Notes under the pieces: model-generated
What the model saw: the letters and a program-made list of their open reading frames with translations, nothing else
What the model was told of the DNA's origin: nothing
Databases searched by the model: none
Program-made: the position numbers and the translations under genes
In this document: in pieces, positions 8,132 through 18,614 of the stretch
Position numbering within the stretch: position 1 is the stretch's first letter
Layout: each line of letters starts with the position of its first letter
NCBI GenBank assembly: GCA_034670305.1
Contig: JAXMNT010000040.1
Coordinates: 1-64,000, forward strand
Direction of reading: 5' to 3'
From: Deltaproteobacteria bacterium
Lineage (GTDB): Bacteria > Myxococcota_A > Polyangia > Polyangiales > Houyiibacteriaceae
Length of the DNA stretch: 64,000 nucleotides

Positions 8132-9997
8132 ATGTACAGATACGCATTGTTTGCATGCCTGAGCGTGGTGCTCGCGTGCGGAGACGACGACTCGATGATG
8201 ATGGACGCCGGCGGCGGCGGCGACGCCGGACTCCCGGATGCCCCCATGGGTGTGGACGCCCCCATCGGCATGGATGCCCCCATCGGCATGGATGCCCCCA
8301 TCGGCATGGATGCCCCCATCGGCATGGATGCCCCCATGGATGCGGGCACGGACGCCCCCGACGTGCCTTGCGGCGACGGGACGGTGGACGATGGAGAGGC
8401 CTGCGACGACGGCAACACGGAAGACGGCGACTACTGCTCGGCCGACTGTTCCACGGTGACCGGCGCGTGCGGCGACGACGAGGTCCAGACCAACGAAGCC
8501 TGCGACGACGGCAACACCGACGACGACGACTACTGCTACGCCGACTGCACCATGGTCGGGTTCTGCGGAGACGATCTCATCCAGCTCGACGAGATCTGCG
8601 ACGACGGCAACATGGAGGACGGTGACTACTGCGCCGCCGACTGCACCGCCGTCACCGGCGCCTGTGGCGACGACATGCTCCAGACCAACGAGATGTGCGA
8701 CGACGCGAACACCGACGACGGCGACTACTGCTCGGGCGATTGCACCGAAGTGACGGGCGCGTGTGGCGACGACGAAGTCCAGACCAACGAGGTCTGCGAC
8801 GATGGCAACACCGACGACGACGACTACTGCTCGGCGGACTGCCAGACCGAGATCGGCTTCTGCGGGGACGGCGTGCTGCAGGCCACGGTCGAGATGTGCG
8901 ACCCCGGCGTGCTGCCGCTTGGACCTGCGGACCTCGGTGAGCCGTGCGGCATCTCCGACGACTGCACGAACCCTGCGGCCCCGATCTGCAGGACGGGCGA
9001 CAACGTCTGCGTCGCAGGCAACGCCGGATCTCCCTGCACGTTGGACTCGGACTGCGGTAGCGCCGCGCCGGTGTGTGGGGCCAGCGGGCAGTGTCGCGCC
9101 GATCGCTGCACCTCCGGCGCGGAGATCTGCGATGGCTTCGACAACGACTGCGATGGAATCGTGGACAACGGATGCGAGACGCAGTGCGACCGCGACGACT
9201 CACCGGTCGTGAACCTTCCCGAGAGTTGCAACTACACGTGCGACGGGACCCTGCCGGCCGGCAGCCTCATCGTGCCCTGTGGTGCCGTCGTGACCCTTCA
9301 CGGCGCGCTCAACTACTCGACCGTCTTGATCGATGGAATCGTTCGGGTTCCCGCTCGAACGGGCGCCGCGCCCGACCAGGGCTCGCTCGATCTCACCGCC
9401 GCCACGACCTTGACGGTCAACGGCCTCATCGACGCCTCCGAAGCTGGCTTCCCAGCCGGTCAGGGCGACGGAAACGACGCGACCTGCGAATCGAACGGCG
9501 CGGGCTACGGCGGCATCGGCGGTGCGTACCGCGGGTGCGCGATGAGCGGCCCGACCTACGGCAGCCCGTCCAGCCGCACCGTCGAGCTTGGATCCGGCGG
9601 CACGAACGGAACCCGCTCCGAAGCCGGCGGACGGGGAGGCGGGCGCGTCATCCTTCAGGGTGACACCGTGACCGTGGCAGGCATCGTCGATGCCGATGGC
9701 GGACGCGGACTCGCGGACGACACCTTCTCCGAGGGTGGCGCTGGTTCGGGCGGCGGCATCCTGCTGGATGCCACCTCGAACATCGACATCCAAGCCACGG
9801 GCGTGCTCCGTGCGCGGGGCGGCAACGGCCACTCGACCGGGTTCACCTCGGGCGGCGGCGGCGGCGGACGCGTGAAGCTCTTCGCCCCGGCCGGAACCAT
9901 GATGGGGGTGGCGCAGGTCAACGGTGGAACCGGCGGCGTCCAAGGACCGTTCAACTCGACCGGCGGAGCGTCCGGGAGCTACTTCCAGCTCTTCTGA
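8132..9997 (+). CDS. Lipoprotein with myxobacterial Cys-rich repeats and Gly-rich C-terminal domain
   Basis: SD GAGGTG, VVLA-C lipobox, five-six CGD..E.CDDGN..D.DYC..DC repeats, EICDGFDNDCDG motif, GGAGSGGGI Gly-rich domain. Confidence 0.85.
   Translation: MYRYALFACLSVVLACGDDDSMMMDAGGGGDAGLPDAPMGVDAPIGMDAPIGMDAPIGMDAPIGMDAPMDAGTDAPDVPCGDGTVDDGEACDDGNTEDGDYCSADCSTVTGACGDDEVQTNEACDDGNTDDDDYCYADCTMVGFCGDDLIQLDEICDDGNMEDGDYCAADCTAVTGACGDDMLQTNEMCDDANTDDGDYCSGDCTEVTGACGDDEVQTNEVCDDGNTDDDDYCSADCQTEIGFCGDGVLQATVEMCDPGVLPLGPADLGEPCGISDDCTNPAAPICRTGDNVCVAGNAGSPCTLDSDCGSAAPVCGASGQCRADRCTSGAEICDGFDNDCDGIVDNGCETQCDRDDSPVVNLPESCNYTCDGTLPAGSLIVPCGAVVTLHGALNYSTVLIDGIVRVPARTGAAPDQGSLDLTAATTLTVNGLIDASEAGFPAGQGDGNDATCESNGAGYGGIGGAYRGCAMSGPTYGSPSSRTVELGSGGTNGTRSEAGGRGGGRVILQGDTVTVAGIVDADGGRGLADDTFSEGGAGSGGGILLDATSNIDIQATGVLRARGGNGHSTGFTSGGGGGGRVKLFAPAGTMMGVAQVNGGTGGVQGPFNSTGGASGSYFQLF
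8237..8344 (+). repeat. In-frame 18-bp tandem repeat (DAPIGM) x6
   Basis: gatgcccccatcggcatg units; first and last imperfect. Confidence 0.9.
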
Positions 9998-10020
9998 GAA
10001 CGGGTCTGACCCATGCGAGG

Positions 10021-10058
10021 AGGCCGTCGCCCAACCCTGGGCGGCGGCCTTTCTCGTT
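10021..10058 (+). terminator. Intrinsic terminator
   Basis: Stem aggccgtcgccca/tgggcggcggcct followed by ttctcgtt, 24 bp after the stop at 9997. Confidence 0.7.
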
Positions 10059-10146
10059 CCGTCGCAGGATTCGCCTGCGGGCATCGCGATGCCACCGCCA
10101 GCTTCGGCTTCGGCTTCGGAGCCTCCCCAGCCTCCGCGAGGCACGC

Positions 10147-10152
10147 TATCGT
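10147..10152 (+). promoter_or_regulatory. -10-like hexamer 6 nt before ATG (leaderless-type)
   Basis: TATCGT-gatcgc-ATG(10159), no SD. Confidence 0.5.
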
Positions 10153-10158
10153 GATCGC

Positions 10159-11688
10159 ATGAACCGCCGTTTCGCCTTCGCACTTGCCCTTCTCACCACG
10201 AGCGCCTGCGGCAGCAGCGTGGCGCTCGAGGACGCCGCCGTGGATGCGAGGGTGGAAGACGCGGGGCCGGATGCGTTCGTCACCGAGGACGCCGGCACAC
10301 GGGACTCCGGCGGTGAAGACGCGGGCGGCGATTGCGCACCGGTGGGCAGCATGGAGACCGTCGACTGCGGCAACTGTGGCAGCCGGACGCGCGTCTGCAC
10401 CGAAGCCGGATGGGACGAGGGCGTGTGCGCGGACGAAGGCGTGTGCGAGGCCGGCACCACCCGCTCGAGCACGTGCGGCAACTGCGGAACGCTCGAGGAG
10501 CGATGCGACGCGACGTGCGCATGGATGCCGGTGGGCGATTGCACCGACGAGGGTGAGTGCGCGCCGGAGGGAACGCTGATCACGGAGGACGGCTGTCCGG
10601 CAGACGAGACCCGCGAGCTGCTCTGCAACGCGTCGTGCGTGTATGAAGAAGTGTCTGCGTGCCGAGGCGCCGCGTGCGATCCGCCGGGCGCGCTGGAAGA
10701 GGTGCCCTGCGGTCTGTGCGGGACCCGCGAACGTTTCTGCACGGTCGATGGGGTGTGGACGTACGACGAGTGCGTCGAAGCGGGCGAGTGCGCACCGGGC
10801 ACGCGGGACATGGTCGACTGTGGCTTCTGCGGGACCCAGGCGCGCCGGTGCACCGCAGACTGCATGTGGGAGCCGGGCGCGTGCGAAGGCGAGCTCGATT
10901 GCACGCCGGCGGCCCCGACCTGCGTCGACGCATCCACCCTCCGCATCACCGAAGTCGCGGGCTGCGCGGCCGACGCATGCATGTTCACCGAGCGTGAGGT
11001 GACCTGCCCGTGTGCCGACGGCCGCTGCAGTGGATTGATCGAAGGGCTCGGCGGACCGGCGGGCTACGGGACCGAAGCCGTGCCGGTCGGAGACGACGTC
11101 TCGTCGCCGGCGATCTCGGTGACGACGGCGTTCCCCACCGGGATCCACTTCTACGACACCTTCCACACGTCGGTCTTCGTCAATACGAATGGCAACATGT
11201 CGTTCGGTGCAGCGCGCACGACGTACACCGCGGCCGCTTTCCCCGCGAGCCCGGTGCCGTTGATCGCCACGTGGTTTGGCGACGTGGACACCCGCACCGA
11301 TGGGCGCCCGGCGCAGAACAACGTGCACTGGTTCGTCGACGGCACGCGCGTGATCGCGACCTGGCACCAGGTCGGGTACTACGCGATGCACGAGGATCTT
11401 CTGAACTCGTTCCAGATGGTGATCACGGAACGGAGCGACGTCGCGCCGGGCGACTTCGATCTCGAGCTCCGCTACGGCCAGTGCGAGTGGACGACCGGCG
11501 ACGCGAGCGGCGGCACCGGCGGCCTCGGCGGCTCCGAAGCGCGCGCCGGGTTCGATGCGGGAGACATGCTGCGCGGCCAAGAGCTCCCCGGCTCGGGGAC
11601 CCCTGCGGTGCTCGACCTCTGCACGATGGGCAACGCCGGCACACCGGGCGTGTGGTCGTTCCAGTTCCGCGACGGCCTGCCGCTCTGA
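10159..11688 (+). CDS. Cys-rich lipoprotein with C-terminal nidogen-like (NIDO) domain
   Basis: TSA-C lipobox; CGxCG..R.C...C.W..C repeats; VNTNGNMSF, WFGDVDTR, ATWHQVGYY, NSFQMV, EWTTGDASGG. Confidence 0.85.
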   Translation: MNRRFAFALALLTTSACGSSVALEDAAVDARVEDAGPDAFVTEDAGTRDSGGEDAGGDCAPVGSMETVDCGNCGSRTRVCTEAGWDEGVCADEGVCEAGTTRSSTCGNCGTLEERCDATCAWMPVGDCTDEGECAPEGTLITEDGCPADETRELLCNASCVYEEVSACRGAACDPPGALEEVPCGLCGTRERFCTVDGVWTYDECVEAGECAPGTRDMVDCGFCGTQARRCTADCMWEPGACEGELDCTPAAPTCVDASTLRITEVAGCAADACMFTEREVTCPCADGRCSGLIEGLGGPAGYGTEAVPVGDDVSSPAISVTTAFPTGIHFYDTFHTSVFVNTNGNMSFGAARTTYTAAAFPASPVPLIATWFGDVDTRTDGRPAQNNVHWFVDGTRVIATWHQVGYYAMHEDLLNSFQMVITERSDVAPGDFDLELRYGQCEWTTGDASGGTGGLGGSEARAGFDAGDMLRGQELPGSGTPAVLDLCTMGNAGTPGVWSFQFRDGLPL

Positions 11689-11706
11689 GTCCCGCAGTTC
11701 GGCAGA

Positions 11707-12882
11707 CTAGCGCTGCGTGAGGGCGCGGAAGTCGGTGCGGGTCCGGAGCGGTGCGAGATCGGCGTCGGTGGCGGCGGCGCGAAGGCGCGCGCGGCAGTCC
11801 GTGCACCCCGCTTCGGCATCCTCCGCGAGTTCACGCAGGCGCACCATCGCCTGCTCAAGTCGACCGAGGCGGGCGTAGGCACACGCGGCGTCGAAACGCG
11901 CGGCGGCGTACGCGGGCTGCAGTTGCAGTGCCTGGAGGAAACTCGCGAGGGCGGCTCCGTAGCGACGCGCACGGTGGTCGCGCAGACCCTGACGAACCAG
12001 GTGCCGCGCGACGTCTTCGGGTGGGGGAAGCGCCGCGATCGGCCGGAGGTAGATGTCGTCGCTGGCGGCCGCCTCGCGGACCTGGACACGGATGCGCTCG
12101 CGCCACGCATCGGACTGCGGGGACGGCCGCACCACACCATACACGGGCACCGGCTCCTCGACCGAGGGCGGCGGCGGTCCGGTCAGCTCCACCATGTGCG
12201 GCTCGTCTCCAAAGAGGCCAATGCCGGGGTCCTGGTCGGTGCCGGTGAGCAGCAGCAAGCCATGGTCCCCGCTCGGTGCGAGCGCGATGCGCGCGGTCAG
12301 CGTCGTCAGCCCGTAGTAGGCCAACGCCTCGTTCGCGGTCGGGGCGCGGGCTTCCTCTATGAACTCGGGTTCGGTGTCCCCCTCGTCGTTCTCGCCGCGA
12401 AGAAGCACCACGTGGAGGCGCGCTACGACGGTCCATTCGGTTCCGTTCCAGTACCGGACCTCGACGTCTGCATTCCCAGGTACGTCGTCGTCGTCGTCCT
12501 CCACCGCGCGCCAGACGACATCGATGCGCGACGCCTCCACCCAGCGCACGGGCTGCGGAAAGAACGCCTCGCGGCCGGTGGCAGCGACCGGGTCGCCGTA
12601 GTCGCCGTCCCGCACCCGATCGCACGGGACCGCCCGCTGCGGGGTCTCCGCTTGCCGGTCGAAGCAGTGCACCGGCGCGTCCTGCCCCCGCCGCCACACC
12701 TCTTCGAACTTGTGGATCGAACAGCCCGCCATGCGTGAGACGCCGACCCGCACGCCACGGTCCGACCAGCCGAGCACGGTGCGGCCGACCGTCCCATCGC
12801 AGCACGCACACGCCGCCGCGACCGGCTGCCAGACGAACAGCGACACGACCGCTGCGACACACGCGAGTCCTCGAAGTCTCAT
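11707..12882 (-). CDS. Exported protein with C-terminal TPR
   Basis: Signal peptide ending AAA-C; TPR-like YGAALASFLQALQLQP...FDAACAYARLG..., DADLAPLR. Confidence 0.75.
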   Translation of the reverse strand: MRLRGLACVAAVVSLFVWQPVAAACACCDGTVGRTVLGWSDRGVRVGVSRMAGCSIHKFEEVWRRGQDAPVHCFDRQAETPQRAVPCDRVRDGDYGDPVAATGREAFFPQPVRWVEASRIDVVWRAVEDDDDDVPGNADVEVRYWNGTEWTVVARLHVVLLRGENDEGDTEPEFIEEARAPTANEALAYYGLTTLTARIALAPSGDHGLLLLTGTDQDPGIGLFGDEPHMVELTGPPPPSVEEPVPVYGVVRPSPQSDAWRERIRVQVREAAASDDIYLRPIAALPPPEDVARHLVRQGLRDHRARRYGAALASFLQALQLQPAYAAARFDAACAYARLGRLEQAMVRLRELAEDAEAGCTDCRARLRAAATDADLAPLRTRTDFRALTQR

Positions 12883-13012
12883 GCGCCGAGGGTACCCGCT
12901 CCCGGACATCGACGCGTCGGCACGCCCGCCAACGCCCGCGGGCGCTGCCTGCAAAATCGCGCGGAAGCCGGCACCGGGAGGATGTTCTCGGACAACGCGC
13001 GTACCACGGGGC

Positions 13013-15196
13013 ATGGCCCGTTTCCTCCCGCTCCTCCTGATCGCGGCTTGCGGTGCGAGCAGCCTCCGCCTCGAGACGCTGCCGGACGACGTCGATCCGG
13101 GCGCGTCGGAACCCTTGCTCGCCAACGCGCCACTGTCTCTGCGACGGGCGCTGATGGAGGTCGAGGATTCGGCGACGCGTGGCCTGCTCGACGAGGCGCT
13201 TCGAGAAGGACGCACCCTCGGCGCGCAGGAACTCATCGTGGCGATGTTCGTCATGGAGGCCCGAAGCGACCAAGCGTGCGACACCCGCTGCCTCTCGCAT
13301 CTCGAGCTCGTGTACCGCTTGCTCTCGCTTCTCGGCGACACGGGGTTCCAGGACACGCTGGCCTGGTTCGAACCCTGGATGGCGCGGTTCCAAGATGCGG
13401 AGAGCGTCGAGGCGCAGCAGTCGATGGCGTTCTTGCGCGAGATCTTCGAGCGCGCGCCAGAGCGGCACGACTGGGCGGCCGCGCGGCTTCTTCGAGCCGA
13501 TGTCGACGCCCACGTACACGGCGAAGTGGTCCTCGGGTTGGCGCAGCGCGCACGCTCCGGCGGTGACCTCGAACGGGCCCGCAACCTCTTCGGCTTGGCG
13601 ATCCCACTGCTCGGCGACCACGCGCGGGTCGCGGACGTGTCGGGGCTCGCGCGCGCTTGCTACGCGGTGCTCGACTTCGCGTGCGGAGACGCGGCGGCCG
13701 CGCGGCTTGGTGCGATGCCGAACGCGGCCGAGGACGTGCGGCGGGTGGACACGATGCGGGACGCGGCAAGGCTGGTTCGAGGAAGCGCGCGGGGACTCGA
13801 CGCACGCCTGGCCCGAGCCGACGCGCTGGTGACCTTGCATCGCGACGCGGAGGCGACCGCGCTCTACCGCGACCTCGCCTACGATCATCCGGACGATGCC
13901 CGACCGCACGTGGGGCTCGCCCACCTGGTGTTTGCGCGGCACGGAGGAAGGCTCGTGTCCCCGACCGAGGCGGGGTTCGAAGCCCACGAGAAGATGCGCG
14001 GCCACCTGCAGGCTGCGGGCGGTCTCTCGAACCGAGGCGAGCGCTACTACGGTTTGAGCATGCTCGGGTGGAACTTCCGAGTCCTCTGGACGGTGACCCG
14101 TCGGGTGCTCGCGAACGCGGAGCAGGGTGTGGAGGGACCGGCCCTCGACCCGGCGAGCCTCCGCGCGTTTCGCGAGGAGCTGCACGCATTCACGGACGAC
14201 TTCCGTCGCTTCGATGGCGGGACCGCGACCGCGTTTCGCGCGCTCGGGGATTTTCAGCTCGCCGTCTTGAGTCGGCCGACAAGTGTCCCGGATGCGAACG
14301 GACACACGAACGAGCCGAGCACGGCGGAGCTCGTGGCGCCGAGCCTGGGTGCCGTCCGGGCGCAGCTCGACTCCAGCCCGAACAACGTCGCGACGTATCG
14401 GGTCGCGATCTTGATCGCGATGCTCACCGAGGACGAAGCGTTCGTCACGCGTGCACTGGCCGGACTTCCACCAGCCACGGACGACGACGAACCCACGGCG
14501 CGGGCTCGGTCGCGCGCGAGCCTCCTGGTGGGCCTCCGAAGCCGCGACCCCAACGTGCCGCGCGACGGGAGCGGGGACGCCGAGACCGATGCACTGGTGC
14601 GGTGGGCCCGCACTGCGGTTCCCACAGCCAACACTGCGGTTCCCACAACCAACACCGCCGACGCAGACGCGGCGGCTGAGCTCGAACGCCTGGTGGCGTC
14701 GGCCCCACCCGAGTCGCGCGCACGCGTGCTGAACAACGCCGCGGTCGCGCGGCACCGCGTCGGCGACGGGGCCGCCGCACGCGCGCTGCTCGAGCAGGCA
14801 CAACACGAAGAGGGGTGGGATGTGCTCCGGTACAACACGCTCGCGCTCCTCCCGGAGGCGGAGCGCGACGCGCAGTGGGCGGAGCGGCTGTCCCAGCTGA
14901 CCGAACCGACCGCCCGCTCGGCGGTCCGTTTGCAGGCCGCGCGTTTGCACTCGCACCACGCCGGAACGCTGCACCCTCGGCTCGCCGAAGCGCGCGAAGC
15001 GGTGCGACGAGACCGCATGCCCGAGCAAGCCGCGTTCGTCGAGAGCTACCAGGTCGGGCTCGGCTACACGTCCGAGAAGGGCATCACGACTTCGGGCACC
15101 ACCCCTCTGCCCTGGCTGCTCCTTGAAGCCCCCCGCCCCCCACGGGACGTTGGGGTCAGACCGCTGGCGCCAAGAACACCACCGACGTTTGAGTAG
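13013..15196 (+). CDS. TPR-like helical lipoprotein
   Basis: LIAA-C lipobox; helical TPR-like segments (PDDARPHVGLA, VLNNAAVA). Confidence 0.7.
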   Translation: MARFLPLLLIAACGASSLRLETLPDDVDPGASEPLLANAPLSLRRALMEVEDSATRGLLDEALREGRTLGAQELIVAMFVMEARSDQACDTRCLSHLELVYRLLSLLGDTGFQDTLAWFEPWMARFQDAESVEAQQSMAFLREIFERAPERHDWAAARLLRADVDAHVHGEVVLGLAQRARSGGDLERARNLFGLAIPLLGDHARVADVSGLARACYAVLDFACGDAAAARLGAMPNAAEDVRRVDTMRDAARLVRGSARGLDARLARADALVTLHRDAEATALYRDLAYDHPDDARPHVGLAHLVFARHGGRLVSPTEAGFEAHEKMRGHLQAAGGLSNRGERYYGLSMLGWNFRVLWTVTRRVLANAEQGVEGPALDPASLRAFREELHAFTDDFRRFDGGTATAFRALGDFQLAVLSRPTSVPDANGHTNEPSTAELVAPSLGAVRAQLDSSPNNVATYRVAILIAMLTEDEAFVTRALAGLPPATDDDEPTARARSRASLLVGLRSRDPNVPRDGSGDAETDALVRWARTAVPTANTAVPTTNTADADAAAELERLVASAPPESRARVLNNAAVARHRVGDGAAARALLEQAQHEEGWDVLRYNTLALLPEAERDAQWAERLSQLTEPTARSAVRLQAARLHSHHAGTLHPRLAEAREAVRRDRMPEQAAFVESYQVGLGYTSEKGITTSGTTPLPWLLLEAPRPPRDVGVRPLAPRTPPTFE

Positions 15197-15220
15197 GCGC
15201 CGAAGGAGCGGTAGGCCTGC

Positions 15221-17395
15221 TCACTCCAAAGACAACACCGCGCGCTGCAGTGGGTTGCCGCTGTGGGGCGAGGCGCGCAGCTCGTATGCGATGGATTCGA
15301 GGAAGAACGCGCCGACGTCGGTGTGCCAGTACCGAAGGTCCGCGAGGCGAAGCTGCATGGTGACCGGCGCGGTCTCGCCGGGCTCGAGGGTGACCTGGGC
15401 GAAGGCGCGCAGATCCTCCGGCGCCCGGATCACCGACGAGCCTCGGGCCTCGACGTAGAGCTGCACGGTCTCGGTCGCGGCGCGGGTGCCTTCGTTGGTC
15501 ACGTCGACCGTCACCTCGAACACATCGGGGGCCGCTTCCGCGAGTGCGATCGGTCCGTAGGAGAACGTGGTGTAGGTCAGGCCGAAACCGAACGGGTACC
15601 GCGGCTCGGCGCCTTCGTTCTGCAGGTGCCGGTACCCGTGGAAGTAGTCGTAGGTGGTCGACATCGGCGCGGGTTGCCACGCGGGCAGGTCGGACTCCGC
15701 GCGCGGGATCGAGAAGGGCAGCCGGCCCGAGGGCGCCGCGTCGCCGGACAAGAGATCCGCGATGGCGTGGCCGCCCTCCGAGCCGGGGTAGAACGCAAAG
15801 AGGATCGCCTCCACCGTCTCCGCCCATTCCATGAGCACGGTGGCGCCGCCCTCGACCACCACCACCACGCGGTCGTGCAGGCCGGCCGTCTCGGCGATCA
15901 ACGCACGGTCGGCCGCACTCAGTTCGAGCGTCTCGCGGTCGCCGGCGCCGATGGTCGCTTCGCCTTCGTCCTCGGCGGTCAGTCCGACGACCACCACCGC
16001 GACATCCGCGGCCTGGACCGCGGCTCGGCCGGCGGCGTCCAGCGTCGTCACCGGGGTGACGTCGAAGCGCGCCCTGAGCCCCTCGAGCACGGTGACGACG
16101 TCGGTTGGCAACACGTTGCTGCTCCCGGTGTCGCCGATGTTCCACTGGTCCGCGAGCGGGCCGACCACGGCCAAGGTCTGCGTGGTCGCGAGCGGCAAGA
16201 GCGGTTCGGCGTCTCCCTCCGGGATCTCGTTGCGCAAGAGCACCGCGCCGCGCACCGCGACTTCCCGTGCGAGTGCCAGGTGTTCGGCGGTCTCCCGCGC
16301 GCTCGCATCGTCGGTTCGGTCCCGGCCTTCGAGCCCGTAGCAGAACTGCGCGCGAAGAATGCGGCGGACCGAGCCGTCGATCTCCCGCTCTTCGATCGCG
16401 CCCTCCTCCACGCGTTGCGGCAGCCGGCGGAAGTTGGCGCCGCTCGGCATCTCGATGTCGAGCCCGGCGCGCACACTCTCCACGTCGCCGTGGGTGCCAA
16501 GGAACCAGTCCGACTCCACGAAGCCTTGAAAGCCCCAGTCGTCTTTGAGGATGTCGGTCAGGAGCGGACCGTTCACGTCGGCGTACTGGCCGTTGATCTG
16601 GTTGTACGCGCTCATGACCGACGCCACCTGCGCCTCCTGCACCGCGCGCAGAAAGTGCGGCAGGTAGATCTCGTGCAGCGTGCGTTCGTCGACCTGCACG
16701 TCGACCGAATGCCGCGAGTCCTCGATGCTGTTCGCGGCGAAGTGTTTCGCGCTCGCGAGCACCCCCTCCGACTGCACCCCTTCGATGAACGCGACGCCCA
16801 TCTCCCCGAGGTGCATCACGTCTTCGGAGTACGTCTCCTGCGCGCGGCCCCACCGCGGGTGACGCAAGATGTTGATCGTCGGCGCGAGCAAGACGTCCGC
16901 GCCCGCCGAACGATGTTCGCGCGCCATCGCCGCGCCCACCCGTCGTTCGAGCTCGGGATCCCAAGTGGCGCCGCGCATCATCGCCACTGGAAACGCGGTG
17001 CCGTTCTTCTCGGTGAACGCGCTGAGGCCGCGCGGGCCGTCGAGCATGTGCAGGCCAGGGATGCCGTGGTCTGCGTGCCCGTCGACCTCCCACGTGCCGT
17101 TGCGCAGGGTGAGCGCCGCGCCGTGCATGAGCCGGACCTTCTCGCGCACCGAGAGCACCCGGAGCAGCTCGGTGATGCGCGCCTCCACCGCGTCCACCGC
17201 GTCGCGCTCCAGCGGACAGTACGCGTAGGTCGCGTCGGTCGGAACGAAGGGCTCCGGCTCGTACATCCGCGGCGCATCGAGTGGCGCGTCCGAGGATGCG
17301 TCGTCCCGGGCGGCATCCGCCCCTGCGTCCGAGAGACCGGCGTCGTCGCCGCAGGCCAGAAGGGAGACGCACGAGAGCAGGAGTACGAAACGCAT
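15221..17395 (-). CDS. GH3 beta-glucosidase lipoprotein
   Basis: LLA-C lipobox; DGPRG, WGRAQETYSED, KHFAAN, MSAYN, SDW nucleophile motif, YPFGFGL, FnIII-like tail. Confidence 0.95.
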   Translation of the reverse strand: MRFVLLLSCVSLLACGDDAGLSDAGADAARDDASSDAPLDAPRMYEPEPFVPTDATYAYCPLERDAVDAVEARITELLRVLSVREKVRLMHGAALTLRNGTWEVDGHADHGIPGLHMLDGPRGLSAFTEKNGTAFPVAMMRGATWDPELERRVGAAMAREHRSAGADVLLAPTINILRHPRWGRAQETYSEDVMHLGEMGVAFIEGVQSEGVLASAKHFAANSIEDSRHSVDVQVDERTLHEIYLPHFLRAVQEAQVASVMSAYNQINGQYADVNGPLLTDILKDDWGFQGFVESDWFLGTHGDVESVRAGLDIEMPSGANFRRLPQRVEEGAIEEREIDGSVRRILRAQFCYGLEGRDRTDDASARETAEHLALAREVAVRGAVLLRNEIPEGDAEPLLPLATTQTLAVVGPLADQWNIGDTGSSNVLPTDVVTVLEGLRARFDVTPVTTLDAAGRAAVQAADVAVVVVGLTAEDEGEATIGAGDRETLELSAADRALIAETAGLHDRVVVVVEGGATVLMEWAETVEAILFAFYPGSEGGHAIADLLSGDAAPSGRLPFSIPRAESDLPAWQPAPMSTTYDYFHGYRHLQNEGAEPRYPFGFGLTYTTFSYGPIALAEAAPDVFEVTVDVTNEGTRAATETVQLYVEARGSSVIRAPEDLRAFAQVTLEPGETAPVTMQLRLADLRYWHTDVGAFFLESIAYELRASPHSGNPLQRAVLSLE

Positions 17396-17477
17396 GCCCG
17401 GACGATACGGTTCCTGGCCCGGACAACCAACCGGCCTTGTCCGTGGTCACCGAGCTCGGTGTCGGCGGAGGGCGTTG

Positions 17478-18098
17478 CTAGCCCATGGTGTCCAGCAACT
17501 GAACCGCCGCCGCGTGCCCTGCGCGCTCGGCGGCGTCACGCGGAGTCGCGCCGTCGTCGTCGGGTTGCCGCGGATCGGCACCCACCGAGAGCAACCAGCG
17601 CACCACCTCCAGGTGCCCGCCTTCCGCCGCGAAGTGCAGCGCCCGCCGCCCGCGCTCGTCTTGCAGATCCGGATCGGATCCCGTGTCCACCCGCTGTCGA
17701 ACCCGCTCGAGGTCTCCCGCGTGCGCCGCGTCGTGCAGCGGCTGCCGACGTCGGCCCACCACCTCGAGCGTGCTGCCGGCATGAATGGTCATCGAGCCAC
17801 CGGAGATGGTGAGCTGCGAGATGCGCAGGTGTTCGATCACGATCTTCGCCGCGCAGTGCGCGCAGTGTTTGGCGCCCCCGACGTTCGTCGCGCCGCAGAA
17901 CGGACACGCACGTTCCTCCGCGCCGCCGAGCACCACGTGGGCGCCCTCGATGTGCACCCGCCCCTGCGCATCCTCGCGGACCCCGCTCCCCACCGCGGCC
18001 TCGAACCCGGTCGCCTTGCCGCAGTACGGACACACCCGAACACAATCGGCCGCCGGCGCCCCACACGCACCACAACGCAAAACGAAATGAGTCCGCAT
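17478..18098 (-). CDS. Double zinc-ribbon plus ankyrin-repeat protein
   Basis: CGAC/CPYC and CPFC/CAHC pairs; PLHDAA, ALHFAA, GATP ankyrin motifs. Confidence 0.85.
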   Translation of the reverse strand: MRTHFVLRCGACGAPAADCVRVCPYCGKATGFEAAVGSGVREDAQGRVHIEGAHVVLGGAEERACPFCGATNVGGAKHCAHCAAKIVIEHLRISQLTISGGSMTIHAGSTLEVVGRRRQPLHDAAHAGDLERVRQRVDTGSDPDLQDERGRRALHFAAEGGHLEVVRWLLSVGADPRQPDDDGATPRDAAERAGHAAAVQLLDTMG

Positions 18099-18107
18099 CC
18101 AGCGATC

Positions 18108-18614
18108 TTACCTCCGTCGCGATCCGATCTGGCGCTCGGCTCTTCGGCGGGCCCCGGCACTCGAGAAGCCGACCAACACATCGCGGTGCTTCAAGACGCC
18201 ATGCAGGAACAAGATGCGGGACTGTTCGGGCGTCGGGCTTCGCGTGACCGCGTAGAAGCACTCCTCGCCCAACGCACGTGGGAAGGAGATGCCGGACAAC
18301 GGATGGCTGGAGCCGAACCCTGGTGTCCCCCGCAGCGTCGACAAAGAGACACGGCGCTCGCGGACCAGCGAGTTCAGGCCGAACCGCACGTAGGCCCTGT
18401 CGCCCTCCACGCAAATGGTCGCGCACGCAGGGCTGAGGAAGAACACCCAACCGATCGCCGCGAGGAATGCGAGCGACGCGAGGACGCTGGAACCCGCGAC
18501 GGACAGGCCAAGGCCAAGTCCGTACCCGAGCGCCATCCCGATCATCAAGCGGGTGTGAAGCCGTTGGATGACTTGCGACCCGATCGCGACGGCTTTCGAT
18601 CCGGAATCAGCCAA
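18108..18614 (-). CDS. Hypothetical membrane protein
   Basis: Two hydrophobic segments; fills the gap between neighbours; start uncertain (ATG 18545 possible). Confidence 0.5.
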   Translation of the reverse strand: MADSGSKAVAIGSQVIQRLHTRLMIGMALGYGLGLGLSVAGSSVLASLAFLAAIGWVFFLSPACATICVEGDRAYVRFGLNSLVRERRVSLSTLRGTPGFGSSHPLSGISFPRALGEECFYAVTRSPTPEQSRILFLHGVLKHRDVLVGFSSAGARRRAERQIGSRRR

